Shown piece after piece: positions 8,399-17,356 of a stretch of DNA of 41,549 nt. This DNA comes from a virus (taxonomy: Duplodnaviria; Caudoviricetes). The notes beneath the pieces were generated by a model. The model was not told the DNA's origin and searched no databases. It saw only the letters and a list, made by a program, of their open reading frames with translations. The stretch spans positions 1-41,549 of the IMG/VR virus record IMGVR_UViG_3300037463_000028; one strand, given 5' to 3'. Position 1 is the stretch's first letter; each line of letters begins with the position of its first letter. A program made the translations under genes and the position numbers.

Positions 8399-8415
8399 AC
8401 GGGAAAGGAGAAGAG

Positions 8416-8622
8416 GTGGCAAAGCAGCTTACAGCCCAGCAGATCTCTGACTTCATTCGCTTGGTTGAGAACGAAGGCAGGACTCCCGAGCAAGCCGCGC
8501 TCGTGATCGGCGAGAAGGCGGGTTCCATCCGGAACCTGCTGAAGGAGTCGGGCTACCGCGTTCGCACCAAGCGGGTAGTCGAGCCGATTGAGCCGATCCT
8601 GCCAGCTTCTTCTCCCGCTTAG
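8416..8622 (+). CDS. Cro-like small regulator
   Basis: 68 aa, divergent from the repressor, strong RBS, HTH-like segment. Confidence 0.65.
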   Translation: MAKQLTAQQISDFIRLVENEGRTPEQAALVIGEKAGSIRNLLKESGYRVRTKRVVEPIEPILPASSPA

Positions 8623-8642
8623 CGGCGACCTAAAACGACGAA

Positions 8643-8675
8643 CCCCCGCGATGTGCTGTGAACACTTCGCGGGGG
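8643..8675 (+). terminator. GC-rich hairpin after the cro-like gene
   Basis: CCCCCGCGA...TCGCGGGGG; no clear U-tail. Confidence 0.4.
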
Positions 8676-8764
8676 AGCCGGGGCGGGGACCTAGTTCCGC
8701 CCAATGACCGACTGTACCACATGGCTTCAGCCTGTGGGAACACGCGCGATCCGAGGACCTAGAA

Positions 8765-9001
8765 ATGAATACCGATTTGATGCCTGCCGCCCAGCAGCAG
8801 GTGATGGTGCTGCGCGCCGCCTCTGCCAACCGGCAAGGCCGTGGCCCGTGCCCTTCCTGCGCCGGGGTCGAGCACCACGTCGAGACCGCCTACGTCGGCG
8901 GCCGCGGGCATGTGCGCTTCATCGTCTGCTCGCACTGCAAGCTGGCCGTCGGCGAGGTGCAGAGCGTTGACGACGTGCTGGCGCTGCGAGGCGTCCAGTG
9001 A
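8765..9001 (+). CDS. Zn-ribbon protein
   Basis: CPSC...CSHC. Confidence 0.65.
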   Translation: MNTDLMPAAQQQVMVLRAASANRQGRGPCPSCAGVEHHVETAYVGGRGHVRFIVCSHCKLAVGEVQSVDDVLALRGVQ

Positions 9002-9306
9002 GCGGGCTGCTGTGGCGCAACGTGGCGCCCTGTGAGGACACGCCGGGCGTGTCCTCGCCCGTGTGTGCGCAGACCTGGCAGCGGCCCGATGACGAGGCGG
9101 AGGCCCGGCGGGAGGCACGCCACTTCCGCGCCTGGCTGCGCTGGATGCGGCGGCGGGTCCGGAGAGCCGTGCGGACCCTGCTGCGGCTGTCTACGGGCAG
9201 CGCAGCGGGCTTCCTGGTGGCGTGGGTGATCGTGGTGGCGGCCGGCGCACTGACCGGCCATGTTCTCGGGACGGCCCATGCAGCCCTGAACCTGGGGCTG
9301 CGGTGA
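8998..9306 (+). CDS. Small membrane protein
   Basis: GTGA overlap; C-terminal hydrophobic helix. Confidence 0.55.
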   Translation: MSGLLWRNVAPCEDTPGVSSPVCAQTWQRPDDEAEARREARHFRAWLRWMRRRVRRAVRTLLRLSTGSAAGFLVAWVIVVAAGALTGHVLGTAHAALNLGLR

Positions 9307-9401
9307 AGAAGAAGGGCCGGGGCGCTGAAGACGCTCCGGCCCGACAAGAAAGGGTTGTACTTACACTATGCAGGATACCTGTCACACCGGGCAGGCGTCA
9401 A
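9306..9401 (-). ncRNA. Putative antisense sRNA with its promoter
   Basis: TTGACG (9401-9396)-18-TATCCT (9377-9372); hairpin 9316-9342 followed by TTCTTC. Confidence 0.45.
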
Positions 9402-9820
9402 GCACGCTGCCCCCGCTGCTGGTCCCGACCGTCCCGGCCTGGGCCGCCGACCTGGTGACCTGGATACTGGAAACCGGCGAGGCGCGCGCCTGGCAGTGCG
9501 CCGTCGGTGCGCTGCTGAACCAGTGGGAAGTGGATCCCCGGCGCCCCTACACCGTCGCTCCGGACCCCGAGACCGGCGAGCTGACCGTCACCGGCTTCCC
9601 CGAAGAGCTTCCCGGCCCGCCGGCCTGCGCCGCTGCCATCCGGCAGGGGCGCGTCGATTTCAAGAGCGACGGCCGCTTCCAGGTGGTCGAGGACACCGGC
9701 AGCGGCTTCTTCCACGCCATCGGCCCCTACAAGCCGGTAGAGCGCGGCTACCGCCTGGTGGCCCGCTTCAAGGTCAACCAGGTCACCGGACTCTGGGAGG
9801 AGGCGCACGGCCGTGGGTGA
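9368..9820 (+). CDS. Hypothetical protein
   Basis: Protein-like composition; operon position. Confidence 0.7.
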   Translation: MQDTCHTGQASSTLPPLLVPTVPAWAADLVTWILETGEARAWQCAVGALLNQWEVDPRRPYTVAPDPETGELTVTGFPEELPGPPACAAAIRQGRVDFKSDGRFQVVEDTGSGFFHAIGPYKPVERGYRLVARFKVNQVTGLWEEAHGRG

Positions 9821-10046
9821 CCCCTGGAACTCCTGGCAGTCCTGCGCGGGCGGGACACGCCGTTGCCGCCGCCGTCGGCGTCGCGCGGCTGGCGGGCCCA
9901 ACCCGCCTATCGTCGCCACGTCCGCGGCCCCCAGCTCGGAATACCACATGCGCTGCCGGAGCTGCATGACCGTGCTGGTCCTCACCGCCGACGATGCTCT
10001 CCTGTGCCCGCTGTGCGCCAACGTCACGGGCATCCCTATGCGCTGA
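9813..10046 (+). CDS. Zn-ribbon hypothetical protein
   Basis: CRSC...CPLC; GGAGG RBS. Confidence 0.5.
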   Translation: MGDPWNSWQSCAGGTRRCRRRRRRAAGGPNPPIVATSAAPSSEYHMRCRSCMTVLVLTADDALLCPLCANVTGIPMR

Positions 10047-10063
10047 AAGGACACGCTACGACC

Positions 10064-10510
10064 ATGTGCCTGATGCGTTACGACCTTAATTTCTCGGCAG
10101 AGGCGGCCCGCGCGGCTGCCTCTCCCGGTCTCGTCTTCCGGGCACCCGTGACCGGCACCTCCGTGGTGACCACGGCGGGGGACTGCCCCGATTCCGCAGC
10201 GCTGGCCGCTCTGAACGCCTTCCGCACGGCACGGCGGCCGCCGGTGATGCAACGCACCGTTGCGCAGATCGTGCGCGCCGGTCAGGTCTATGCGCCCGTG
10301 CTGGACCGGACCAGCGGCGCGGTCATCGGGCGGGAGGCTTCGCCCGAGCTGGTACGCCTGCTGCGCGGGCCGCATGGGGCGATGCGCGCCCTTGCCTTCA
10401 TCGCTTCATGCCGCGCCGACGACGCGCTGCGCGCCCAGGCCGAGAGCCAGGGCATCGACCTCGACGAATGGGAGGACTGGATACGTGTCTCTACCAGCGA
10501 CATTTGCTGA
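10064..10510 (+). CDS. Hypothetical protein
   Basis: AAAGGA RBS; 3' part of the 9863 ORF. Confidence 0.6.
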   Translation: MCLMRYDLNFSAEAARAAASPGLVFRAPVTGTSVVTTAGDCPDSAALAALNAFRTARRPPVMQRTVAQIVRAGQVYAPVLDRTSGAVIGREASPELVRLLRGPHGAMRALAFIASCRADDALRAQAESQGIDLDEWEDWIRVSTSDIC

Positions 10511-11078
10511 CTCTGTTGAGCAAACACACGCAAACTTAAATCTGCCAGGATTGTCTCCAACGGTCAGGATTAAGGGCCTGTCGCTGACTCAGCCCTGGGC
10601 CACGCTGGTCGCCATCGGTGCCAAGCAGATCGAGACGCGGAGCTGGGGCACTAACTACCGCGGCCTGGTGGCCATACACGCAGCGAAGGGCTTCCCGCCC
10701 GACGCCCGCGACTACTGCGACCACGACCTGTTCTCCCGTGCGCTACGCCACCACGGCTACGACTCCTGGAAGGCGCTGCCGACTGGCGTGATCGTCGCCG
10801 TGGCGGAGCTATACGACTGCTGCGTTTTCTCCTCGAAAGGCACCGACGGCGGCCCCTGGCACATCATGACGCCCGACGCGAACGGGCCGCACGGCTACCG
10901 CGACTTCGTGGTGGGCGACGACGAGTATGCGTTCGGTGACTACGCGTTGGGCCGGTACGGCTGGTTTTTGCGCAATATCGTCCGCCTGCCCGAACCGGTA
11001 CCCGTTAAAGGCGCGCTCGGACTGTGGACGTTGCCGCCGGACGTGCTGACGCTCGTGAAGGAGGCCGCCCGTGTTTGA
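10485..11078 (+). CDS. ASCH domain protein
   Basis: LSLTQPWATLVAIGAKQIETRSWGTNYRG..AIHA, KGALGLW. Confidence 0.9.
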   Translation: MSLPATFADSVEQTHANLNLPGLSPTVRIKGLSLTQPWATLVAIGAKQIETRSWGTNYRGLVAIHAAKGFPPDARDYCDHDLFSRALRHHGYDSWKALPTGVIVAVAELYDCCVFSSKGTDGGPWHIMTPDANGPHGYRDFVVGDDEYAFGDYALGRYGWFLRNIVRLPEPVPVKGALGLWTLPPDVLTLVKEAARV

Positions 11079-11364
11079 TCCCCCCGGCGGCTCCCCGCCG
11101 CAGATACAGCCGACCTACGGCCCCGGCTCCAACCTGCGCCCGTTCACCGCCGAGGAGGTCCTTTCCCTGGCCGGCCAGCGCTTCGTGGTGGCCACGCACG
11201 GCCCAAACAACGTGGAGCGCTGGCTGGTGGTCCGGGTGACCGGCGAGAGCGCGACGCTGGCCGGCGCGGTGGACCTGGACGTCCTGGGCACCTTCGACGG
11301 CGACGATGGGGAATGGCGCGCAAACGCCTTCCTGGAGACCGGGCGGGAGGTGGGGCACGCATGA
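11071..11364 (+). CDS. Hypothetical protein
   Basis: AGGAGG RBS; overlaps neighbouring genes. Confidence 0.65.
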   Translation: MFDPPGGSPPQIQPTYGPGSNLRPFTAEEVLSLAGQRFVVATHGPNNVERWLVVRVTGESATLAGAVDLDVLGTFDGDDGEWRANAFLETGREVGHA

Positions 11365-11801
11365 GCCGGTCTCTATTCTGGCGGGTGTACCGCACCCCGC
11401 CGTCCGATTGGACCCAATCGGACTTGGAAGGGCTTACCGGAAACGAGTTGGAAGCGGTCGCCCTGTTGATGGGAGTTCCGCACTCGGGCACTAAGTCGGC
11501 ACAGGTGGCGCGTCTGATGGATGCCGCCTCGCTGCGCACGGTTCTCAAACCCGTGGGAGACGACCCCGCAGAGTTGACGGAGCGGTACAAGCTGCGCGAG
11601 TTGCGGGAGTTATGTAAGCGCGCCGGCATCTACGTGCCGGGCAACAAATACGGCTGTGCCGCCGCACTGCTGAACTGGCGTAACGCCTGCCGGAGGAAGG
11701 GGCAAGCCGTCCTGCGTCAGTACCAGGAGCAGGCCGCCGCGCTGCCGCCTCGCCCGCGCCAACTCCGCTTCTCGTTGGAAGCGGTGGAGGCCCGCCGATG
11801 A
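11361..11801 (+). CDS. Protein with two SAP-like motifs
   Basis: LTGNELEAVALLMGVPHSGTKSAQVARL; YKLRELRELCKRAGIYVPGNK. Confidence 0.6.
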   Translation: MSRSLFWRVYRTPPSDWTQSDLEGLTGNELEAVALLMGVPHSGTKSAQVARLMDAASLRTVLKPVGDDPAELTERYKLRELRELCKRAGIYVPGNKYGCAAALLNWRNACRRKGQAVLRQYQEQAAALPPRPRQLRFSLEAVEARR

Positions 11802-12220
11802 CCGCCGCAGCTACCCGTACCCTGCCCTTCAAAGCGGCCGTAGCGAAAGCACCCGCGTTCGGCGACGCGCCCTGCCGCACGCTGCTGTACGACCTGGTTG
11901 CCCACCACGAGCGGTACCCCGCCGCGACCGAGGAGGGCCGGGCCTGGCTGGAGATATCGGCGCAGGTACTCGAATCCCCGAAGAAGAGCGCGACGGCCGA
12001 CGAGGTGATGTGCCTGCGGTCGCTGCGGTCGGCGCACACGATGATCTGGCGGCGACTGGAGCGCGAGTACCTGCCGCCCGCGCCGTTCGACCCGCCGATA
12101 CGGTTCCGGGAGCCGGATGCCCAGGCGCTGTGGGACCGGCTGGACGCGCTGATCCGGACTATCGACGAGCGCGCGCACAACGCCACGGAGCAAGCGGAAA
12201 AGGGGCGGCGCCGTGGCTGA
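11798..12220 (+). CDS. Hypothetical protein
   Basis: ATGA overlap; GGAGG RBS. Confidence 0.7.
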   Translation: MTAAATRTLPFKAAVAKAPAFGDAPCRTLLYDLVAHHERYPAATEEGRAWLEISAQVLESPKKSATADEVMCLRSLRSAHTMIWRRLEREYLPPAPFDPPIRFREPDAQALWDRLDALIRTIDERAHNATEQAEKGRRRG

Positions 12221-12800
12221 CGTGATTCCCGCCGAGTCGGACAAGTGGGCGCGACAGAGGGAAGGGGCTGCGGCTTTCGCCGCGTTGTCCGGCGTGGTGC
12301 ATGAGGTCGGTCGCAGCATCGTCATCTTCGCGCACCCGTCAAAGGTGGCTATGTTCGAGGCGGAAGCGAAGTTCTTCGCGTGTGGCGACGCGGAGCGCCT
12401 CGCGCGGATGCGCAAGGGCAAGCCCTACGGTGTGGCGTTCGTCGCGGTGCGCAGCAAGGATGCTTCGCTGGGCAGCGGCACGGTGGAGGTGCTAAAGCCG
12501 TATCTGCTGCCCGCCCCCTACCACCAGGTCGCAGACGTGAAGCCGCTCCTGCGGAAGCGGAAAGACCTGGCCCCGGCTCGCGCGTCGGACATTGCGTTCG
12601 TCACCGGCCGGCATGATGTCGGGGAACTGCTGCCGTGGGCAAACCGTGCCCGCCTCCTGCGGCTTCTAGAGGGGCGCTGTGCCTGTTGCGGCGCTACTTC
12701 CTACCCCGATCTGCTCGTCAACGCTGCCGCCCCCATCGGTCGAGGCCGTGCCACCAAGACGGTCACCGACGAAAGTGCGATGGAGGCGCTGGCCCTGTGA
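12213..12800 (+). CDS. Hypothetical protein
   Basis: Overlaps the upstream stop; protein-like composition. Confidence 0.65.
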   Translation: MADVIPAESDKWARQREGAAAFAALSGVVHEVGRSIVIFAHPSKVAMFEAEAKFFACGDAERLARMRKGKPYGVAFVAVRSKDASLGSGTVEVLKPYLLPAPYHQVADVKPLLRKRKDLAPARASDIAFVTGRHDVGELLPWANRARLLRLLEGRCACCGATSYPDLLVNAAAPIGRGRATKTVTDESAMEALAL

Positions 12801-13030
12801 TCGTGCCCCAAGCGCGCGGCCCGCCCTACCTCCCGACGGCGAGCACTAGCCCGCCCGCCGTCGCCTCCCACTAGGACACCCGCTAGTCCACCCCTCCCTT
12901 TTTGAGCGGCCCCGGTGGGCCGCTTGTCTGGTTTCTGCCCCGTTTTAAAACGCTCGGGCGGAGGCCCCGGATTTCTACTGCCTGTTTTTTCCTGTGCGCT
13001 TCGATGACTGGAGCTGGAGATCGAAAGGAC

Positions 13031-14368
13031 ATGACGACGTACGCTGCTGCAATCGGGGAAATGGCGGAGCTGCCCGCCCCGGACGAACGCCTGAGCTGGA
13101 TGGACGAGTCGTTCTATCGCTTCTTGTGGAAACGGATGCTCAAACAGGGCGGCGTCTGCACCGACACGAACGCCAAGCTGGCGCAATGGCAGAAGAAATA
13201 CCCTTCGACGATCACGCGCCGGGTGGCCCGGCTGGAGGCGAAGGGCTGGATCATGGTCGAGCAGCTCCCCGGCGTGGAGCGGCAGATCTACCCGCTGGTC
13301 CAGCCGCCCGACAAGGACACCCCGCGCCCCCCGTCGGCCTGGGAGCGCATCAAGGAGCGCCTGGCCCAGGCCCGCGCGGAACGGGCCTCCCGTGCCCACG
13401 GCGGGGAAGGGTTCGCGCCCTCGGTCGAGTCAGATCCGGCCGCTCGGGCGGACCCGGAAGCCCCCCCAAAAGGCAAACTTAGCGAGGGTGACGCGCAGGG
13501 TGATGCCGAGGGTACGCCCAGGGTTGGGCCTTCGGTACCTTTATGTTCTATTGTCAGAACACAAAACAACATTGTGCCCCCTGCGTCCGTGACGGTTGAC
13601 CCTGCGGGCGGGACGGCCGTCGCTATCGCTGCCGATGATCCTGATGTCGTAGCACTAATCGCCGCAGGGTTCGACGCCGATAGGGCACCTGGTTTCGTGA
13701 CGTTGGTGGGCCGGGAAGCCGTCCGGGAGGCCATAGCGGTAGTTGACTACTATAGTAGTGTAGGACAGGCGAAGAACCGGCCCGGCGGCTATATTTACAC
13801 CTTCGCCACGAACTACAAGGCCGGAAAGTACGAGCTGCCTGACGGCCTGGCCGCGCGCCGCGAGGAGGAGAGGCGTGCCCGCGAACAGGCCGAACAACGC
13901 GCCCGAGAACGGGAAGTGGTGATCTCCGCGGTCGAGGCCACGGGGCAACGCCTGAGCGACCAGGAGGCCGCACGCGAGGCGGACCAGGCCGCGGCCCTGC
14001 AACGCCGGGAGGCCGAACGGTGGAAGGATTCGCCGCCCGAGCTGCACGCGCCCTGGCAGGCTGCGCTGGAGTACCTGGCCGGCCTCATCCCTACCGGGAG
14101 AATCAAAAAGCCCGCGTTCGAGATGCACCTGCGTCCGCTCGTGCCGCTTCAGCACGTTTCGGAGCCGCCCGGCGGCGCTCCCGGAATCGTGACGCTGGGT
14201 GCTCCCAGCGCCTTCACCCGTGAGTGGGTCGAGCACCGTCTGGACGTGCTGCGCGAGGCCCTGACGCACGCCCTGGCCGCCCCGGTGCAGGTCCGCCTCG
14301 TGGTTCAGGGCAGTGGCGGTGCTAGTGGCTCCGCTGGAAAGACACGGCGCCAGGGCAGACGGATGTGA
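13031..14368 (+). CDS. Replication initiator 2: N-terminal wHTH plus C-terminal DnaA domain-I-like module
   Basis: TNAKLAQW...STITRRVARLEAKGWI; W...IKKPAFEMHLR...APSAFTREWV; AAAGGA RBS. Confidence 0.8.
   Translation: MTTYAAAIGEMAELPAPDERLSWMDESFYRFLWKRMLKQGGVCTDTNAKLAQWQKKYPSTITRRVARLEAKGWIMVEQLPGVERQIYPLVQPPDKDTPRPPSAWERIKERLAQARAERASRAHGGEGFAPSVESDPAARADPEAPPKGKLSEGDAQGDAEGTPRVGPSVPLCSIVRTQNNIVPPASVTVDPAGGTAVAIAADDPDVVALIAAGFDADRAPGFVTLVGREAVREAIAVVDYYSSVGQAKNRPGGYIYTFATNYKAGKYELPDGLAARREEERRAREQAEQRAREREVVISAVEATGQRLSDQEAAREADQAAALQRREAERWKDSPPELHAPWQAALEYLAGLIPTGRIKKPAFEMHLRPLVPLQHVSEPPGGAPGIVTLGAPSAFTREWVEHRLDVLREALTHALAAPVQVRLVVQGSGGASGSAGKTRRQGRRM
13485..13574. repeat. Candidate origin 2
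   Basis: AGGGT-core units at 13485, 13497, 13509 and 13520, followed by AT-rich 13537-13574. Confidence 0.55.
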
Positions 14369-14396
14369 GCTGGGCTACACCCGGAGGAAGGAAGCG

Positions 14397-14576
14397 ATGA
14401 TGCTGACGATGACACCGACGATCTGGACCGTGCTCGGGCTGGTGTGGCTGGCGGCGGTACTGCCGGCGCTGGCCGTGTGGGCGGGGCGCCGCCTGAAGGC
14501 GCAGCGGGAGCGGCGGGATGCTGCATGGCGCGAGATCCACGCGGCGCACGTGTGGCCCAACGACTGGAGAAAGTAA
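14397..14576 (+). CDS. Small single-pass membrane protein
   Basis: Hydrophobic helix; GGAGG RBS. Confidence 0.65.
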   Translation: MMLTMTPTIWTVLGLVWLAAVLPALAVWAGRRLKAQRERRDAAWREIHAAHVWPNDWRK

Positions 14577-14578
14577 CG

Positions 14579-14959
14579 GTGCCCGAAGAGGAAGACGATA
14601 CCGGGTTCTGGCTGTCGGATCGCGCCTTCGGGCGGCTGCTGGCCAGGGTACTAGCGCGCGCCCACGGCAGGCCGGCGCCGCGGCGGTATCGCAACGGAGT
14701 GCACAACCAGGGGATGATGCTCTCCCTGATGTATACGATGGGCGTCTGGGTGAAGCCGGTCAAGGAGCGCAAGCCCGACGTGGTGCGCGCGTTCCGGGAC
14801 CAGGTGCGGCTCGCGGTCGAGACCAGCGACCGGCAGCGGGCGATCATCGACGAGGTTGGCGCACGCCACGGCCTGCCGCCTTTCTCCCAGCGCGGGCCTG
14901 ATGGCGGCATGGCGTACTGGCTTGCCAGAGACACCCCGCGGTTCACTGACGAGTGGTAA
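14579..14959 (+). CDS. Hypothetical protein
   Basis: GGAG RBS with GTG start. Confidence 0.6.
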   Translation: MPEEEDDTGFWLSDRAFGRLLARVLARAHGRPAPRRYRNGVHNQGMMLSLMYTMGVWVKPVKERKPDVVRAFRDQVRLAVETSDRQRAIIDEVGARHGLPPFSQRGPDGGMAYWLARDTPRFTDEW

Positions 14960-14968
14960 CAGGAGGAG

Positions 14969-15239
14969 GTGTCAACTTTTGAACGGGAAAAGCGTGGAAT
15001 CGTCAACTTCTTTACGGGAAAATCACCCGGCGACGGTGGCCCTGGTCCAGGTACTTGCGGGCGACCTGGACGCCGCGCTGGTGACACTGCAAGCCGCCAC
15101 GCTGGCAGAATCCGAGCAGGCGCAGTCCGCGGCTCTGACCCTGTACTCGCTGGCAATGCGCCACCAATTTCGGCAGGACCCGGACCGAATCAAGGCGCTG
15201 CACGCCGGCATGACAATGGGGCTGGACCAGGAGGGATAA
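14969..15239 (+). CDS. Hypothetical protein; start/frame ambiguous
   Basis: Strong RBS at GTG 14969, but the protein-like body is in another frame ending at 15239. Confidence 0.4.
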
Positions 15240-15247
15240 CAAAAAAT

Positions 15248-15275
15248 ACCCCCGCACCGGAGGCCGGGCGGGGGT
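15248..15275. terminator. Terminator between convergent genes
   Basis: ACCCCCGC...GCGGGGGT with a flanking A-run. Confidence 0.65.
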
Positions 15276-15302
15276 GAGTGTCAGGAGAGAGAAACCGGGC
15301 GG

Positions 15303-15557
15303 CTAGTGCGCGCTGTCCTTATACGGCCACAGGTAGGAGGTCTCGTCGGCCTGGGCGAGCGCCGCGGCGAAGACGTCCGGGTGGTGCTCCTTCAGGCCGT
15401 CCAGCGAGAGCGGCCACGGGTGGGAGACCGACTCCTCGCCGACCTTCAGCAGGTCCTCGTCGATGACGATGATTTCGGCAGCGTCCGCGTCCGCATCGGT
15501 GGCCACGGCTTCGACCCGCCCGCCCGACACGTAAACGATGATGGTAGGTCCGTTCAT
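15303..15557 (-). CDS. Acidic hypothetical protein
   Basis: GGAG RBS; IIVYVSGG.V..V motif. Confidence 0.75.
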   Translation of the reverse strand: MNGPTIIVYVSGGRVEAVATDADADAAEIIVIDEDLLKVGEESVSHPWPLSLDGLKEHHPDVFAAALAQADETSYLWPYKDSAH

Positions 15558-15617
15558 TGCTTTGTTACTCCGTTACTCCAGGAAGGTGGGGGGAGGGTTT
15601 CCCCTCCCCGGAGGGGC

Positions 15618-15905
15618 TTACCAGCCCCTCTCCTCCGCGATCTCCTCGCCTTCGAGGATTTTCTTGTAGTCGTCGGCGAGTTTCTTGTGCTTGCAGGTGC
15701 CCTCCGCCTGGTCCTGTTCGCAGTTGCAGGTGTCCCGGAGGGTGTCCACGCTGTACTTGATGACGTAGAAGACGTGGGGGACGCTCCGGCTCTGCTTGAC
15801 TTCGTAGCCCTCGCGCTCGGCCTTCGCGGCGTTGCGGACGGCCACGGTGATGGCGGCCTGGGTCGGTTCGGGGCGGAAGTCGGCGGGGGTGCGGTAGATA
15901 TTCAT
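15618..15905 (-). CDS. SWIM-type zinc finger protein
   Basis: CNC...CKH; strong RBS. Confidence 0.75.
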   Translation of the reverse strand: MNIYRTPADFRPEPTQAAITVAVRNAAKAEREGYEVKQSRSVPHVFYVIKYSVDTLRDTCNCEQDQAEGTCKHKKLADDYKKILEGEEIAEERGW

Positions 15906-15935
15906 CGGTCTCTTCTCTCCTCCAGTGATGTACTT

Positions 15936-16053
15936 ATTATACTTCTAACGTTGGTTGTCTGTCAATGAAAACAGCGCAAATAGTTGGTTGTTTAATAAAC
16001 TTTTTACGGGGCGGGATTGCCTATTGCTAAACTACCATCGTTGGTAGTACAAT
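15936..16053. promoter_or_regulatory. Divergent promoter pair with palindromic operators
   Basis: Minus TTGACA-18-TATAAT (15965-15936); plus TTGCTA-18-TACAAT (16024-16053); CTACCAwCGTTGGTAG-like site in each spacer. Confidence 0.75.
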
Positions 16054-16086
16054 ACGCAAAGTTCTGAAGGGAGGAGGCGAACGCGG

Positions 16087-16386
16087 ATGGGGACGGAGAA
16101 GAAGAGCGGCGGCGGTGCCTCGCTGCGCTCGGGCGACCGGATCGCGGCCAGCGAGGCCGGGCGAGCGCTGGGCAGCATCAGCACCCCGGAGAAGGCGGCA
16201 GCGGCCAAGCGCAACCAGGCGCTGCGCAAGACCTACGGCGGGCCGCCCAAGAAGGACCCGCTCGAACTGCCCTGTACCTGCGGGGCGGGCACCGAGACCG
16301 AGGTTGGCGACAACCATAAGACGACGTGCCCGCGCGGCCGTCTGCTCTACCAGCGGGCGAAGCTGGCGCAGAAAGAGGCGAAATGA
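16087..16386 (+). CDS. Small basic, putative DNA-binding protein
   Basis: STPEKAAAAKRN..GGPPKK; CTC...H...C. Confidence 0.7.
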   Translation: MGTEKKSGGGASLRSGDRIAASEAGRALGSISTPEKAAAAKRNQALRKTYGGPPKKDPLELPCTCGAGTETEVGDNHKTTCPRGRLLYQRAKLAQKEAK

Positions 16387-16808
16387 AGACCGTAGACCGG
16401 AGCGCCCTCGACAGGGTAGCGGCGGCCGTGCGCCGGGCGCAGGAGGCCGCGGGCCTGGCCGAGATGGTGGCCACGTATGACGGGAAAACGGCGCACGAGC
16501 AGGCGCTGGCCGCCCGGCGCAGCTGCGACACGGCTATCGAGTACCTGGACGCGATGGGCGCGCACATCCCGGAGATCGGGGGCGGGCCGGCTCCGGTCCG
16601 TTCGCAGGTGCCATTGGAGCTGCTCGACACGCCAGAGACGCGCGCCCTGGTCGCCGCGCTGGAGGCCGCTGCCGCTGCTGGCGCCGCGGTGGACCGGCAG
16701 CGCGGGTGGGTGGACAGCGATGGAGATCCGGTCGGCTACGGCGAGACCTTTGCGGGCTTCCTCGCGGCGCTGCGCGTCGAGGTCTATGGGCCGAAAGGGA
16801 AAGAATAG
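16383..16808 (+). CDS. Hypothetical helical protein
   Basis: ATGA overlap; GAGG RBS. Confidence 0.7.
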   Translation: MKTVDRSALDRVAAAVRRAQEAAGLAEMVATYDGKTAHEQALAARRSCDTAIEYLDAMGAHIPEIGGGPAPVRSQVPLELLDTPETRALVAALEAAAAAGAAVDRQRGWVDSDGDPVGYGETFAGFLAALRVEVYGPKGKE

Positions 16809-16810
16809 CC

Positions 16811-17038
16811 ATGCCTGATATCAGCATCACGACGCCCAAAGGCTCGCAGCGTGGCGTATGCGCCTATTGTGGCCAGAGCAAAGACATCGCCTGGACCGTC
16901 ACCGACGGGACAAAGGCCGGTGCCCTGGACGCCTGCCATGACTGCTTCAATAAGGGCCACGGTAGTTGGCTGACGGACACCTATCAGGCAGCCCGCGCAC
17001 GGCGCGATCAGCAGGCTGGCACCGACCAGGGAACGTGA
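16811..17038 (+). CDS. Zn-finger protein
   Basis: CAYC...CHDC. Confidence 0.65.
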   Translation: MPDISITTPKGSQRGVCAYCGQSKDIAWTVTDGTKAGALDACHDCFNKGHGSWLTDTYQAARARRDQQAGTDQGT

Positions 17039-17343
17039 AGCAGCTCGCGCCCTGGTCGGTGCGTTGGTGGCAGGAGCGCCGTGAAGCGCGTGAGACGGCA
17101 CGCCTGCGCGAGAACGCGCGCCTGATCCTGGCCTTCTGGGGGTTCCCAGGAAGCGAAATAGTGACGATGCCCGATTCGGAGCTGTTCGAGATCGCCGACA
17201 TACTGAACCACCGCAGCCTGATGATGCTGTCCAAGATCGCCAGTTCGTTCCCGACTGCCGCCGAGGCCGCGAGCGCCATTAGTCGGCTGGGCGGCGACGG
17301 CCTATCCACCAAGAAAGCAAAACGCCCGCCCTTCACAATTTGA
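17035..17343 (+). CDS. Hypothetical protein
   Basis: GTGA overlap; ends inside the terminator. Confidence 0.55.
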   Translation: MKQLAPWSVRWWQERREARETARLRENARLILAFWGFPGSEIVTMPDSELFEIADILNHRSLMMLSKIASSFPTAAEAASAISRLGGDGLSTKKAKRPPFTI

Positions 17344-17356
17344 GGGGCGGGCGTTT
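17320..17356. terminator. Bidirectional terminator between early and late units
   Basis: 16-bp stem AAACGCCCGCCCTTCA/TGAGGGGCGGGCGTTT. Confidence 0.85.

Noticed and set aside
7497-8528. 343-aa repressor as given in the ORF track
   Set aside because: The extension overlaps the cro-like gene and its promoter; the true start is likely 8237 or 8312
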